DNA from: Candidatus Saccharimonadota bacterium
GTDB lineage: Bacteria; Patescibacteriota; Gracilibacteria; BD1-5; UBA6164
Reading direction: 5' to 3'
NCBI GenBank assembly: GCA_963677765.1
Contig: OY782392.1
Location: 960,001 to 992,000, forward strand
Length of the DNA: 32,000 nucleotides
The notes under the pieces are model-generated. The model saw only the letters and a program-made list of their open reading frames with translations, made no database searches and was not told the DNA's origin. The translations under genes and the position numbers were made by a program. Positions 1 through 9,197 of this stretch are shown here, piece by piece. The stretch's first letter is position 1. Each line of letters begins with the position of its first letter.

Positions 1-1314
1 TTCTTCATTTAATGATTGTTCTTTTCTTTCTAGTATCTCTATTGTTTGGTTAAGGCTTGTTATTTGGTTGTGAAGAGTACTATTTCTTTGATTTAATTCA
101 TTATTTGATTGAGTTAACTCATCAATTTGATTTTTCAGAGTTATTATTTGAGCATTATTTATTTTTTTTATATTTTCTATTTCGTTTTTTAATACTTGAA
201 TTTCTGAATTATAATCATTTCTTTCTTTTTCAAATGCTTCTTGAAGTCTAACTATTCTTAGATTTGATTCATCCTCTATTCTTTTTACTTCAGCACTATG
301 AGTTGCTCTTAATCTTTCTAATTGTGAGTTATGCTCTTGATTTAGTTTTTGAATTTCTTCTTCTTTTTTTTCTATACTTTGTTCTAGGATTTGTATCTCA
401 CTTCTATGCTTTGTCTCCAGTTCTTGTATTCTTGAATTGAAGTTATTTTTTGATTCTTCTATTTTGTTTTCTTTATCTTGAATTATATCTTTTATTTGTT
501 GATTGTGATTGTTTATTAATACAACTTTTTCTTCTTCTATTTTTTGTAAATTGTATTCTAATATACCTATTTTTTGTCTTGCTTCTCTAAGTAGTTTTTG
601 TATTTTTAAGTATTGGTCGTTTATTTCAATTATCTTGTTCATTGATTGATCAATACTATCTGGTATATCTGATACAAAAACATTTAATAATTGTTTATTA
701 TCTATTTCTATTTGTGTTTCATTTTTACTAGATCAAAATAATGTCCATCATTTCTCTTCTATAACTATTTCTTTTCATTTTAATTCTCATTCAATTGTTA
801 TATTATTTGAAAATTCAGAATTTTCAGGCATAGATTCTCAAATACTTACAGTTATTTTTCATTCACTTAAATCATCTATTTTTTCTAGTAATTTATCTAG
901 TTCTTGATATCAACTTACCGTATATCATACTTTTAGTATTTTTATATATGATTCTAATAATATAGATCTAAGATATATTTTTGTATTTGGTCATATATTT
1001 AAGCTATTGTATTCATCATATAGTGAGTCCAATTGATTTTTATTTAATTCTACTTCATGCATAGAATAAAAATTTGATAATAAATCAATTAGTTCTTTAG
1101 AATTATTTATTTGAACTCCTGCTATCTCATTACTTACAATATTTCAATTGTTATTTTCAGTATTTGCTTTTGTATTAGTTCAAACTATTGCAGCAACTGA
1201 CAAACCTATTGCAAATATATATGTATTTATCTTGTTTTTAAACCATTTATTTTCAACTGAATTTTTAGGAGATTCTATATTAGTTTCAGAACTATTATGT
1301 TTTAATATTGACAT
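1..1314 (-). CDS. Membrane-anchored coiled-coil protein (C-terminus lies outside window)
   Basis: ATG at 1314-1312. Checked triplet by triplet: no TAA/TAG in this minus frame down to position 1. N-terminus MSILKHNSSETNIESPKNSVENKWFKNKINTYIFAIGLSVAAIVGTNT has one hydrophobic segment. The rest is E/K/Q/I/L-rich heptad-like sequence (e.g. IQELETKHRSEIQILEQSIEKKEEEIQKLNQEHNSQLERLRATH). No family recognised. Confidence 0.7.
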
Positions 1315-1352
1315 AAATTAATTGTATTTATTAATATAAAAATATTACAGTA

Positions 1353-1380
1353 TTTATACTACTTTTTTATATAATGTCAA
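1353..1380 (-). promoter_or_regulatory. Candidate sigma70-type promoter for the coiled-coil gene
   Basis: On the minus strand TTGACA (1380-1375), a 16-nt spacer, then TATAAA (1358-1353), about 40 nt upstream of the ATG. AT-rich background makes chance matches likely. Confidence 0.35.
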
Positions 1381-1383
1381 TAA

Positions 1384-1411
1384 AAAAATACTAATTTTTA
1401 TTAGTATTTTT
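1384..1411 (-). terminator. Hairpin terminator after the HD-domain gene
   Basis: Perfect 12-bp arms aaaaatactaat / attagtattttt with a tttt loop, abutting the stop codon at 1411-1413. Confidence 0.5.
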
Positions 1412-1884
1412 TATTTTCACATATCATCATATTTTAAGAATAGAGCAAGTTCTTTTTTGAAGCTATCATCCAAATTATCCCATACATATTTTTGTCTTGT
1501 GTATTCATTTTTCCAGTGTTGTCTATATTTTTCAGATTTTGTTTCATCTTTACTTTTTTCTAGTGCTTTTTTTGTTCATCTTATAAGATAGTGCCATCTT
1601 ACAAGTTTTTTTGTATAGTTTGAAATTAATGGCCAGTTTTTTATTATTTGATAGGATTTTTCTTCATGTCAGTGAAAAGAAAAATCTAGTTTTTTATTTT
1701 TATTTCTGGTTGCCATTAATGGTTTTCATATATCATGAAGCAATCATGCACTTATCATTCTATATTTTTTATTTTTTATAATATAGTATGTTACTTTTAG
1801 TGTATGAATTAATACTCAATGTCTATGCCGTTTATTTTGCTTCCAAAATATGGTAATTAATTTTTCCCAAATAGTAGTTTTCAT
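1411..1884 (-). CDS. HD-domain phosphohydrolase (157 aa)
   Basis: ATG 1884-1882, TAA 1413-1411, length 474 nt with TGA read as Gly. Motifs HRHGVLIHTL, LLHDIGKP (the G is TGA, 1720-1740) and FHGHEEKS fit the HD superfamily metal-binding pattern. Confidence 0.8.
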
Positions 1885-2016
1885 ATAAAAGAATATATTT
1901 ATCATTATAGGAATATATTTTAACTCAAAAATCTTATTTTTCAACTTATAGTTTTTTATTTGAAAAAAATAAATATTGTATAGAATTAAATTTATTATTT
2001 ATTAAGTATTTTAATA

Positions 2017-2208
2017 ATGTCTGAAAAACAAAAAAACTTTAAAGATTCTTATGAAAGATTATTAGAAATATCTGACTTATTGGATAGGGAAGAAATTATA
2101 GATGTTGATGAGTTAATTAATCTACAAGAAGAAGCAAAAAAATTATATAGTTTTTGTAATGAAAAACTTATGAAACTTGATAAAAAATTAGATAATAATG
2201 AAAAATAA
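2017..2208 (+). CDS. xseB: Exodeoxyribonuclease VII small subunit
   Basis: 63-aa acidic helical protein (NFKDSYERLLEISDLLDREEIIDVDELINLQEEAKKLYSFCNEKL) of XseB size and pattern. It lies 2 nt upstream of xseA. Confidence 0.8.
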   Translation: MSEKQKNFKDSYERLLEISDLLDREEIIDVDELINLQEEAKKLYSFCNEKLMKLDKKLDNNEK

Positions 2209-2210
2209 TA

Positions 2211-3440
2211 ATGTTAAATAACAAAAAGTTAAAATTATCTGAATTTCTTGATATTATAAAATGACAATTTGATGATATAATAGGCTATTATGAATACATA
2301 GTTGAAGCTGAAGTAAAGTCAATAAAACAAAATAGGCAATTTTATTATTTTGAATTAGTAGAGATAAAAAATTGAAAAATTATAGATTCTACTAGGGCTA
2401 ATATATTTAACCCTAGAGTTATGTTATCTTTTTTATGAGAAACATGAATTTCAGATATATCAGATTTAGTTTGAAAAAAAATATTATTTACTATTAAGCC
2501 AAGCTTTCATAGAACTTATAATTTTTCAGTCAATATATTAAAAATTCATAGTGATTATTTTATTGGTTGATTAGAGTTACAAAAAAAAGAAAATATAAAT
2601 AAATTATTAGATTTAGGTATTTTTGATAATAATTCAAAAACATCAATATGAACCCCTAGTTTTAAAATTGCAGTAATAACTTGAGATAAAAGTGAATGAT
2701 TTAGGGATTTTCAAACTATTTTGAATGAGTCTTGATATAATTTTGATATAGATATTTATACTTCTCTTGTTCATTGAGAAAAAGCAAGTAATGAAGTTTT
2801 ATGAAGACTAAAGGAAATATCATTAAAGGATGAATATAATTTAGTTGCTATTATTAGATGATGAGGTTGAAGTGAATGAATGAATTGGGCTAATGATTTT
2901 GATTTGTGTCATTATGTTTGTAATTTTGATACTCCAGTTATGTCTGCTGTTGGTCATACAGTTGATAAGAGTATACTAGATATGGTTTCATCTTATGATT
3001 GTAAAACTCCTAGTGAAGCTGCAAAAATACTTATTGATATTTATGATAATTATAAAAGGGAATTAGATATTAATTATGAATATATTAATAATTCTCTACT
3101 AAATTTTTCAAATCAATATAAAAGAGATCTTTCTTTTATATCAAAGAATTTACCTCTTCTAATATGAAATAAGGTAAAAAAATATGAACATGATTTAAAA
3201 CTTTTAAATATTGATAAAAAAATTGTTTATCAATTTAATATTTTAAAAAATAATCTTGTAAATACTTATAAAACAATACTTTATAATTCTCCTGATAAAG
3301 TAATATGAAAATGATATTCTTTAGTTCTTGATGAGAATTGAAGAATTCCAGATACATATAATATATGAAATGAATATATTATGAAAAGCTCTATTTATAA
3401 CTATAAAATAGAAATTAAATCAAAAGAAAAAAGAGACTAA
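2211..3440 (+). CDS. xseA: Exodeoxyribonuclease VII large subunit (409 aa)
   Basis: ATG 2211, TAA 3438-3440, in frame with track ORF 2880..3167. Contains the XseA core AIIRGGGGSEGMNWANDF...PVMSAVGHTVDKSILDMVSSYDCKTPSEAA. Three of the four glycines in RGGGG are TGA (2856-2873). By my count 21 TGA versus 5 GGN Gly codons. Confidence 0.9.
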
Positions 3441-3454
3441 TTAGTCTCTTTTTT
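3427..3454. terminator. Palindromic bidirectional terminator between convergent xseA and the AAA+ ATPase gene
   Basis: aaaaaagagactaa / ttagtctctttttt is a perfect 14+14 palindrome. It covers both stop codons (TAA 3438-3440 on plus, TAG 3439-3437 on minus). Confidence 0.5.
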
Positions 3455-5227
3455 TATAAATTTTTCAAATTCACTCATAAGTAATGATTTTTCTTCTATT
3501 TCTTCTTTTTCAAAGTTTTTTATTATATGAGCTACAAAGTCTTTAGCTAAATTAGAAAGTTCTCTTCAACTTTTTCATTCTAGTTTAGTTGTTATTTCTT
3601 CAGTTATTTGTCATAATCAACTAATATAATGATTTAATATTAGACTTATTTCATTTTTGTTTGGTCTTCTGAAATTTAAGTTTAAGTTAGAACGACTTAC
3701 TAAAGCTGGATCTAATTTATTTAATCTATTTGTAGAAGCTACTAGTAAAATATCATCTATTTTTTCAACTCAATCAAGTTTTTTTAGTAAAACTCATGTT
3801 ACTCTAGCTGTTGCTTCATGTGAATTATCTCTATTTGCTCATATTTCATCTATTTCATCTATCATTACAACAGCTCATCAATATTCTTCTCAAATTTTTC
3901 ATGATAATTCAAATATTTCATTTAATCTTGCTTCACTTTCTCAGTACCATTTTGAAGTTATAGAATTTATAGGTATATATATAAAAGGATATCATAAATA
4001 TCTACCTATTATTTTTCATTTTGTAGTTTTTCATGTTCATGGTTCTCATTCAAAAATGACATAATTAGGAATTATTGATTTTATATTTGGAAAAATTTCT
4101 TTAGAAATAGTTTGGTATTTATCTTTTTGTTTCCAAGGAGATATTATTTTTGTATCTACTTCTTCTTTTATATCTTCATATCATACAAATCATTCTTGTT
4201 CACAAATTTGATCTATACTTAGTTCTTCATTAGAATATATATTTACTTTTACTCATAGGTTTTCAAGTTTTTTTATACTATTTTCTCATGACTCTTGTAA
4301 TTTTAAGATTCTATATATTAATGGTTTTATAAACTTTGATACAATTTCTTCATTTATACTAGTAGTATGTGATGAGACTTTAATAAATAAATCATTATTT
4401 TTATTCTCTATTTCTACATTATAATATCATCAATCTCTATTATTTTGAGTTACATTTAAATTTATTGAATTTCAAAGAGAATAGTTATTTCATATTTGTA
4501 TAAAAAACTTATCTGTAAAGCTATTTTGTGTTACCATTATTTCACTTATAACTTTGTTATCTAGAGGAATTTTTCAATTAGTTCATAATGCTATTGTAAA
4601 AGAATTTCTTTCACTAAAAATTAAATTTTTTCTTTCTAATCATAATATATCAACTATATTATCTCAACTAAGAGTTTCATTTTTTGATAAAGAATTTTTT
4701 ATTAAATGATTTTGTAATATATTTTTTAGTAATTTTAAGTCACTATCTTTTATTTTTGATGCTTTAATTGTTATATTAATTTCTTGATAGTTATCTATAT
4801 TTAATTCTATATTTCATATTATTATAGATTTTCATTTTAGTTTAATTGAATCTTCTCATAGTATATCAAGGATTATAGATTCTAAACTTTTTTTATTTAA
4901 TAATAATCATGTATTTACTTGAACTGAACCATAACTATCTATTACAGATACCTCATTTCATGTTTCTTTTCTAAAAAAATCTTTTAAGAAATATCTTAAT
5001 TTATCTTTTTCACTAGCTACAAGAATTTGATCAATATTATTTTTTATATCTTCAGTTAATAATTGTGTAGTTGTTTCAGTACTTTCTATTGTATCATTTT
5101 TATTAGTTTCAGTTTTTTGTTCTTCTAAATTATTTTTTTCTTCTGTAATATCTTTTTTTTCTACTTGTTCTGCATCAATATCTTTATTATTTCAAAACCA
5201 ATTTCTTGGATTTAATTTGTCTAGCAT
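3437..5227 (-). CDS. AAA+ ATPase (classic clade) with a ~350-aa unrecognised N-terminal region (596 aa)
   Basis: ATG 5227-5225, TAG 3439-3437, 1791 nt. C-terminal module FEGEPGTGKTTKGKIIGRYLGYPFIYIPINSITSKWYGESEARLNEIFE (Walker A at 4025-4048, all three Gly are TGA), Walker B VVMIDEIDE, and second region of homology LLVASTNRLNKLDPALVSRS. Confidence 0.85.
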
Positions 5228-5233
5228 ATTTTT

Positions 5234-5818
5234 TTATCTTATATTATCTAAAAAATTTTTTGTCACTTCAAAACTTTCTTTTGTTGTTTCCAATCTAGCT
5301 ATATATCAATCTATAAGATATTCTAAAAAATTTAATGACTTCAGTCATTCTATTTTATTCATTATATCCATTTTTATAGCATGTATTTGTATATTACTAA
5401 GATTTTGTTCTTCTCTAATAGGTTTAGCTATTTCAAATATTTCATTTGTTATTGATAATAATACATTTAAGTAAATTATATTATATCATGAAGGATTTCT
5501 TTTTAATACATTAGTTTCAAAAAGTTCTGGTCATAATCAATTTTCTACATATTTAACTATATCTTTTTCTATAACGATTTTTCAAATTGATTCTTTAAAA
5601 TTATTAATAATACTATCTATTGCATCTAGATTTGTTTTATTTGCTAGTTTTTCATCAATAATTATTTTATATAGAATTACTCTAACTTGATTTTTTACTG
5701 TTTTTACAAAATTATCTCAATCAATTTCAGGTATATCTAAACTAGTTGATACCATTTCTAATAATTCGAAATTTCTATTTTGCTCATTTATAAAATTACT
5801 AGCTGGGTTATTTGTCAT
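5234..5818 (-). CDS. Hypothetical helical protein (194 aa), co-oriented 6 nt upstream of the AAA+ ATPase gene
   Basis: ATG 5818-5816, TAA 5236-5234, 585 nt open with TGA read as Gly. No family recognised (MTNNPASNFINEQNRNFELLEMVSTSLDIPEIDGDNF...). Confidence 0.6.
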
Positions 5819-5902
5819 AAATAATATTATTATATATTAATTCAATGTGATATATAATCTATAAAAAACATTAAATGTCAACTTTTATTTACAATAAAAA
5901 AT

Positions 5903-5927
5903 ACCCCTTACTTTTTTAGTAAGGGGT
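5903..5927 (-). terminator. Intrinsic terminator of the glucosaminidase gene
   Basis: 9-bp G/C-containing stem accccttac / gtaaggggt with a 7-nt loop, followed on the minus strand by a U-rich tract (tattttttattg). It is 6 nt after the stop at 5933-5935. Confidence 0.6.
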
Positions 5928-5932
5928 TTATA

Positions 5933-6427
5933 TTAGTTTTGAGCATATAGTATTTTATTTAAGTCATAAGAATTTAATTTACAACTTTTTATTACACTCA
6001 AAACTTTTCTAGAGTATTTAGGATCTTCAGCATAATAACCTGCATATGAATTTATTATTTTTGGCAGGTTATAACTTTCTGATTCCAGAGTTTCTCTTAG
6101 TTTTCTATATGCATTATGATTACTTAGATTGACGAAATATGCTTCTACATTTTCTTCAACTGAATCATAAGTCATTATTTTATTTTGAGAACTCATCCCA
6201 AAATGATTATTTTGTTTTCTTGCTGCACGACTTTTACCATAGCCAGTTTCTAATATCGCTTGCGCAATTATAATAGAGTTCGGCATATTATCTGCTACCA
6301 CTCCATCTATATTTTGTCTTGTATCTTCTATTATAGAGTTCATGTAGTCAATATATTCATCATTACATGAATATGCTGCACTTGAAAACATCATAATTAG
6401 AATAGCTATTATAGTTGTTTTTTTCAT
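5933..6427 (-). CDS. Secreted glucosaminidase-family (FlgJ C-terminal / Bax-like) peptidoglycan hydrolase, 164 aa
   Basis: Open under the standard code (track ORF). Signal peptide MKKTTIIAILIMMFSSAAYSC (possible lipoprotein Cys). Core IIIAQAILETGYGKSRAARKQNNHFGM matches the AQAxLESGWGxS...NNxFG glucosaminidase pattern. AGGAG SD at 6442-6438, 10 nt before the ATG. No TGA codons; all 5 Gly are GGN. Confidence 0.8.
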   Translation of the reverse strand: MKKTTIIAILIMMFSSAAYSCNDEYIDYMNSIIEDTRQNIDGVVADNMPNSIIIAQAILETGYGKSRAARKQNNHFGMSSQNKIMTYDSVEENVEAYFVNLSNHNAYRKLRETLESESYNLPKIINSYAGYYAEDPKYSRKVLSVIKSCKLNSYDLNKILYAQN

Positions 6428-6516
6428 AGCTAGGTTTCTCCTTTGTTTTGTTTTAACACATAGGTTAAAAGATTTCAGCGACGCGATTTTATAAAAAAAA
6501 AATTTAATTGCAAATA

Positions 6517-6547
6517 AAAAAGATATTTTTATTAAAAATATCTTTTT
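6517..6547 (-). terminator. Hairpin terminator after the dcd pair
   Basis: Perfect 14-bp arms aaaaagatattttt / aaaaatatcttttt with a 3-nt loop, 4 nt after the stop at 6551-6553. Confidence 0.55.
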
Positions 6548-6550
6548 ATA

Positions 6551-7066
6551 TTAAAAATCCATATGTGATTTTGAGGAAATTATACCATTTCATTCACTAT
6601 ATTTTCATTTGTAAATATCTATTTCTCATTTTGTTTCCCAGAAACTTACTTGTCATATTTTCATACCTGGATAAATTTTTACAGGAAGAGTGGCAAATAA
6701 TTGTAAAGTTGAGTTTCCATAGTATCATGTATCAATCAAATCAGCAGTTATATGTATAAATAATCATAATCTTGCTACTCATGATTTATTATGAATTAGG
6801 GGAGTATATTTCGTACTTCAAAATTTTTCTTTAGTAGAGGCTAATACAAATTCTCATCTTTCTAATAATAATCATTCTTCTGGTATGTTAATTATTTCAT
6901 ATTCATTATCCTTTTTACTGTCTAAAGTATTATTTTTATATTTTAAAACTTGATTTCATAACCTAACATCGTAAGAGTTTGTATTTATATTAGATTCATC
7001 AAAGTTTTCTATTTTTATATTTCAAGAATTAACTTCTTTTATTATTTCTTTTCAGGTTAATATCAT
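6551..7066 (-). CDS. dCTP deaminase/dUTPase-family paralogue B (171 aa) with Gln at the presumed catalytic Glu position
   Basis: ATG 7066-7064, TAA 6553-6551, 516 nt. MILTGKEIIKEV...NTNSYDVRLG...NKSGVARLGLFIHITADLIDTGYYGNSTLQLFATLPVKIYPGMKIGQVSFWE follows the Dcd pattern. The TLE motif reads TLQ (CAA at 6703-6701). Confidence 0.8.
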
Positions 7067-7072
7067 ATTTTT

Positions 7073-7573
7073 TTATTTAATAAGTAATGACTCTTGTGGT
7101 TTTGAGAAATTTTTATAATTTCATTGATATAATTCAGCATCTCATTTTTTATCCCAAAATGAAACTTTTCATGCTATCATTCATGGATATACAATTACAT
7201 CTTTTGTAGGGTATATTTCTAATGTCCAACTATGAGATGTTCATATATGTCACATATTTGCTGATAATTGCATAAATAGTCATAATCTTCACATGTCAGA
7301 ATTTCATATAAGAGAACTCATAAATTTTGTACTACCTATATTTTCTATTGTAACTCAGAGATACATATAACCCTTTTTTAGAGTATATCATGTTTCTGGT
7401 ATTTCAACATCTTTGAATATTGGTTTTTCTCAATCAAATCAATCATATACTTTTAGATGACTAGCTAATCTATAGTTATAACTATTGGTATTCAATTGTT
7501 TTATATCAAATGGTTCTATTGTTAGATTACCATTTTTTATTTCTTTAATAATTTGTTTTCAACTTAAAATCAT
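7073..7573 (-). CDS. dcd: dCTP deaminase-family paralogue A (166 aa)
   Basis: ATG 7573-7571, TAA 7075-7073, 501 nt. MILSGKQIIKEIKNGNLTIEPF...NTNSYNYRLA...GNSDMGRLGLFMQLSANMGHIGTSHSWTLEIYPTKDVIVYPGMIAGKVSFWD. The conserved Glu is retained (GAA at 7219-7217). Confidence 0.85.
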
Positions 7574-7595
7574 AATATATTTGATAAGTTTTAGG

Positions 7596-7655
7596 ATTGT
7601 TAATATAACAATTTTATTGTTAATATAACAATTTTATTGTTATTAGTCAATATTT
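7596..7655. promoter_or_regulatory. Tandem 20-bp units, each with a TTGTTA-N3-TAACAA inverted repeat (candidate operator) upstream of dcd
   Basis: attgttaatataacaatttt occurs perfectly twice (7596-7615, 7616-7635), followed by a degenerate third copy (attgttattagtcaatattt). Located 23-80 nt upstream of the dcd A start codon. Confidence 0.4.
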
Positions 7656-7666
7656 ATTGTATAAAA

Positions 7667-7691
7667 AAAGCCCATTATAAAAATGGACTTT
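7667..7691 (-). terminator. Possible terminator of the Dps-like gene
   Basis: Imperfect hairpin aaagcccatt / aatggacttt (one mismatch, 5-nt loop), 8 nt after the stop at 7699-7701. Confidence 0.35.
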
Positions 7692-7698
7692 TAAAATA

Positions 7699-8052
7699 TT
7701 ATTTTAAAAATGCTTTAGAGCTTCATTCTATATCTTCTAAATCATTAGCTAATGAACCAAGTAAATCTTCAGTTCATAATGTAATTTCATTATTTCTAGC
7801 ATAATTTTCTATTTCTTGTCTAAGCTCTTTTATAATATCATGAGCTCTTTGTTTTTTTTCTTCTAAGCTAGAACTTTCTAATTCACCACCTAAATCAGCA
7901 TGTTTTTCACCTATTTTATGAGCAACTTCAAACAATGTTTCATAGAAACCTTCATTTTCTTTATGAAAATCTGCGTCTTTAGTTTTTGTATCAATATGGA
8001 TTGTGAACATTTCAAGATATGCTTTTAAAGCTTTTTTATGTAATTCTTTCAT
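7699..8052 (-). CDS. Short ferritin-like / Dps-like four-helix-bundle protein (117 aa)
   Basis: Track ORF 7774..8052 continues through TGA to TAA at 7701-7699 (354 nt). HIDTKTKDADFHKENEGFYETLFEVAHKIGEKHADLGGE and the C-terminal GTEDLLGSLANDLEDIEGSSKAFLK resemble Dps helices (fHW..G..F..lHe.fe..y......D.iAERi..LGG ; D..t.dll...l.e.ek..W.l.a.L). Shorter than typical Dps, so the family call is tentative. Confidence 0.5.
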
Positions 8053-8080
8053 AATTATTTAAAATTATATGATAAATTTA

Positions 8081-8101
8081 TAATGAGAATTATTCTCATT
8101 A
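8081..8101. promoter_or_regulatory. Fur-family (Fur/PerR/Zur-type 7-1-7) box-like perfect palindrome upstream of the Dps-like gene
   Basis: taatgagaat-t-attctcatta is a perfect 10-1-10 palindrome. Its core TGAGAAT-T-ATTCTCA (8084-8098) differs from the Bacillus Fur 7-1-7 consensus TGATAAT-n-ATTATCA at one position per half-site. It lies 29-49 nt upstream of the ATG (8052), just upstream of a TATAAT (minus strand, 8069-8064). Confidence 0.45.
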
Positions 8102-8141
8102 AGTTTAGTATATTCTTTTTATTACTTAAGTCAAATTATTT

Positions 8142-9197
8142 TTAGTCAAAAAGATCTATTATATTTTTTATAGAGTATTCTATTTTTCAATGATCTTTTA
8201 ATTCTATAAGAATAACAGGAATTTTATATTTTTCATATATATATGTTTCCATAGTTCAAGTGTATTCTCATATTCATCATTCATCTATTTCATATAATTT
8301 TATTTTGTTTTGTTTTTGTTCTGAGTTTAAATAATTTGTATCAAAATCATATCATGGTAGTTTCTCTGCTATTTCATTTCAAAACTTAATAACATTATCA
8401 TCATCAAAAGAATTATCTGGTAAAAATAGTATATTTCATTTAGAATGAAGTGATATTATTTTTTTGAAGTTATAATTTTTTATTAGATCAGTTATTATTT
8501 TTGTTTCTATTTGATCATTACATCAATTTATTCAAGTAAGTACTGTATATCAGTTTTTTTCAAAACTTTTTAGTTCATAATTTCTAGTACAAAAATTTCT
8601 ATTTAGATCTACATTATTTTTATTTACTCTTCATTCAAGGTAGGCAGCATATTTTTTATCACTTTCTAAATAATACTCTAATCAATCAGGATTAATTGTA
8701 GGAATAATAAACCATCATGTTTTTTCACTATTATATAATTCTTTTAATAGATATCTTGCTGTATTATATGTTCAATACTCATATCATCCATGTATATTAG
8801 AAAAGACTCAAAAATAACCATTTTTTGGATCTCATTTATAATAGGCATATATATCTTGATTATTTTTTGATTCTCAAATCTTAATCTTTTGTATTTTTGA
8901 ATAAAACTCTTTTCTTTCTTCTCTTGTTTTTTCTAGTGAATATTCAAATAATTTTATTAGTTTATTTATTTTTTCTGACTTGTTATTTTTTTGATTTAAT
9001 TTTCTTTTTAGCTCTATATAAGCACTTTCTTTTTTATCAAAATCATTTCACCATTTTTTATTAAAGCTATTGTTTATTATATCATATGCTTGATTAAAAG
9101 AATAATCTTTTCAAGATATATTTATTGTTTCATTAGCAAATGAAACTCATGGAATTATTAGTAAAGTAATTATTATTATTTTTATTCTCTTAAACAT
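8142..9197 (-). CDS. Secreted M14-family zinc carboxypeptidase-like protein (351 aa)
   Basis: ATG 9197-9195, TAA 8144-8142, 1056 nt. Signal peptide MFKRIKIIIITLLIIPGVSFA. Motifs SNIHGGYEYGT, IIPTINPDGLEY, NNVDLNRNF and IISLHSKGN match M14 hallmarks (NPDG, VDLNRNF, third His). The HxxE spacing looks atypical (HGGYE). The start overlaps the rsuA-like stop by 8 nt. Confidence 0.75.

Noticed and set aside
3657-4064. Plus-strand 135-aa track ORF (and similar ones at 57-251, 5217-5474, 6508-6759, 12933-13115, 14410-14643, 16250-16435, 22706-22933, 30714-30911)
   Set aside because: These lie antisense or out of frame within well-supported code-25 genes. Their products are F/L/I/S-rich low-complexity sequences typical of T-rich antisense strands, and no motifs are recognisable.
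7596-7655. NrdR box assignment for the tandem palindromes upstream of dcd
   Set aside because: The geometry is suggestive, but the sequence (TTGTTAATATAACAA) does not match the NrdR consensus as I remember it (acaCwAtATaTwgtgt type). It is reported only as an unassigned candidate operator.
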